Shown here: piece after piece, positions 63,501 through 64,000 of the stretch
How positions within the stretch are numbered: position 1 is the first letter of the stretch
How the letters are laid out: each line of letters begins with the position of its first letter
From: Monocercomonoides exilis PA203
Lineage: Eukaryota; Protista; Preaxostyla
Assembly: GCA_001643675.2 (NCBI GenBank)
Contig: LSRY02000046.1
Span: forward strand, 730,034 to 794,033
Reading direction: 5' to 3'
DNA: 64,000 bases
Made by a program: the position numbers and the translations under genes
Notes under the pieces: model-generated
Told to the model about the DNA's origin: nothing
What the model saw: the letters and a program-made list of their open reading frames with translations, nothing else
The model's database searches: none

Positions 63501-64000
63501 CTGCCTCTTCTTCGCCTCTTCCACTTCCTTCGCTTTTTGCATTTGCTCTTCTTTCTCTTTCTGTCGCTGCTTCCTCCGCTCTTCACGTATCTCGTTCTCT
63601 TTCTCATAGTCTCGTTCAAGCTCTTCTTCCTCGTCCTCTTCTTCTCCTTCTTCTTCCTCCTCCTCCCTCCTCTTCTTCTTCTTCACCTTCCTCTTCCCTC
63701 ATTCTCCTCTGTCTTTGTTTCTTTTCCTTTGGTGGACGTGGCTTGTAAATCGGTTCAATCTCTTCTTCTTCATCCTCCTCTGCCTCGTCTGCCTCTTCCT
63801 CTCAACAGATGCAATCAACATCAGCTTCCATCTGCTGCAGCTCTCCTCACCAAACAGCTCCTCATCATTCGCTTCAATTGCCTCTTCTTCTCCTCCTTCT
63901 CCTTCCTCCTCCCTCTGCCACCATCGTCTCGTCCAGCGCAGCTGGCAGCACCATCCTTCTTGCTCTCTTGTGAGATGCCCTGAGTGCTGTGCAGTCTTCC
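54556..64000 (-). CDS. AK9: Adenylate kinase 9-like multidomain protein (several AK plus YHS-like domains); 5' end outside the window; frame broken at several G/C runs
   Basis: P-loops GPPLSGKST, GSHGAGKTT and GAPLAGKTT; G(W/F)(V/I)LDGFP motifs; repeated (F/Y)CPV YHS-like modules. C-terminal exons 54795-54894 and 54556-54728 give GYLEQTLGKS|IIDAL...SALLYCALHVK|ANNP, matching the AK9 C-terminus. The upstream part is spread over ORFs 60560-60862, 60853-62160 and 61782-63686. Confidence 0.8.
62722..62810. repeat. (GCAGAA)n hexanucleotide repeat encoding a Ser-Ala dipeptide tract in AK9
   Basis: About 14 tandem units seen directly. A similar (GATGCT)n Ser-Ala tract lies in XPD at ~17748-17793. 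Confidence 0.85.

Noticed and set aside
3094-63983. Many long antisense or alternate-frame ORFs (e.g. 57009-58229, 59446-60657, 62832-63983, 26028-26783)
   Set aside because: They are shadows of TTC/GAA-rich coding sequence, which lacks stops in other frames. The products are poly-F/L/S/R with no domain motifs.
1-64000. Alternative genetic code (TAA/TAG = Gln, as in some oxymonads and diplomonads)
   Set aside because: Long exons contain no in-frame TAR codons, and conserved genes end at TAA (BPL), TAG (COMMD4, activase) and TGA (XPD, UTP15).
1-64000. tRNA, rRNA, snRNA or CRISPR arrays
   Set aside because: None recognised by eye; tandem repeats here are simple microsatellites without spacers. 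A covariance-model search would be needed to exclude small ncRNAs.

Overview
Gene-dense eukaryotic (protist) nuclear DNA using the standard genetic code. Short AT-rich spliceosomal introns often begin GTTTG, and exons are heavily loaded with poly-Ser and poly-Glu tracts. This style is most consistent with an oxymonad such as Monocercomonoides (inference, not verified). Thirteen protein genes can be reconstructed by hand, in order: WDR44-like (partial), a ~4,590-aa FYVE-like/alpha-solenoid giant, XPD/ERCC2, a biotin-protein ligase, COMMD4, an ArfGAP, a TKL-type pseudokinase, CDC27/APC3, PIG-X, UTP15, CCDC61, a bacterial-type 2-hydroxyacyl-CoA dehydratase activase fusion carrying introns, and AK9 (partial, with frameshifts that look like consensus indel errors). 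The AT-rich gap at 33.0-36.5 kb holds a 3.46-kb IS630/Tc1-superfamily DNA transposon with near-perfect ~185-bp terminal inverted repeats and a decayed DD33E transposase that the ORF track misses. The most notable points are the laterally acquired, intron-bearing multi-Fe-S activase/dehydratase fusion; the TIR element; a biotin ligase with Ser at the BirA R118 position (the TurboID substitution); and the pseudokinase. All gene identities are from motif recognition only; no searches were run.
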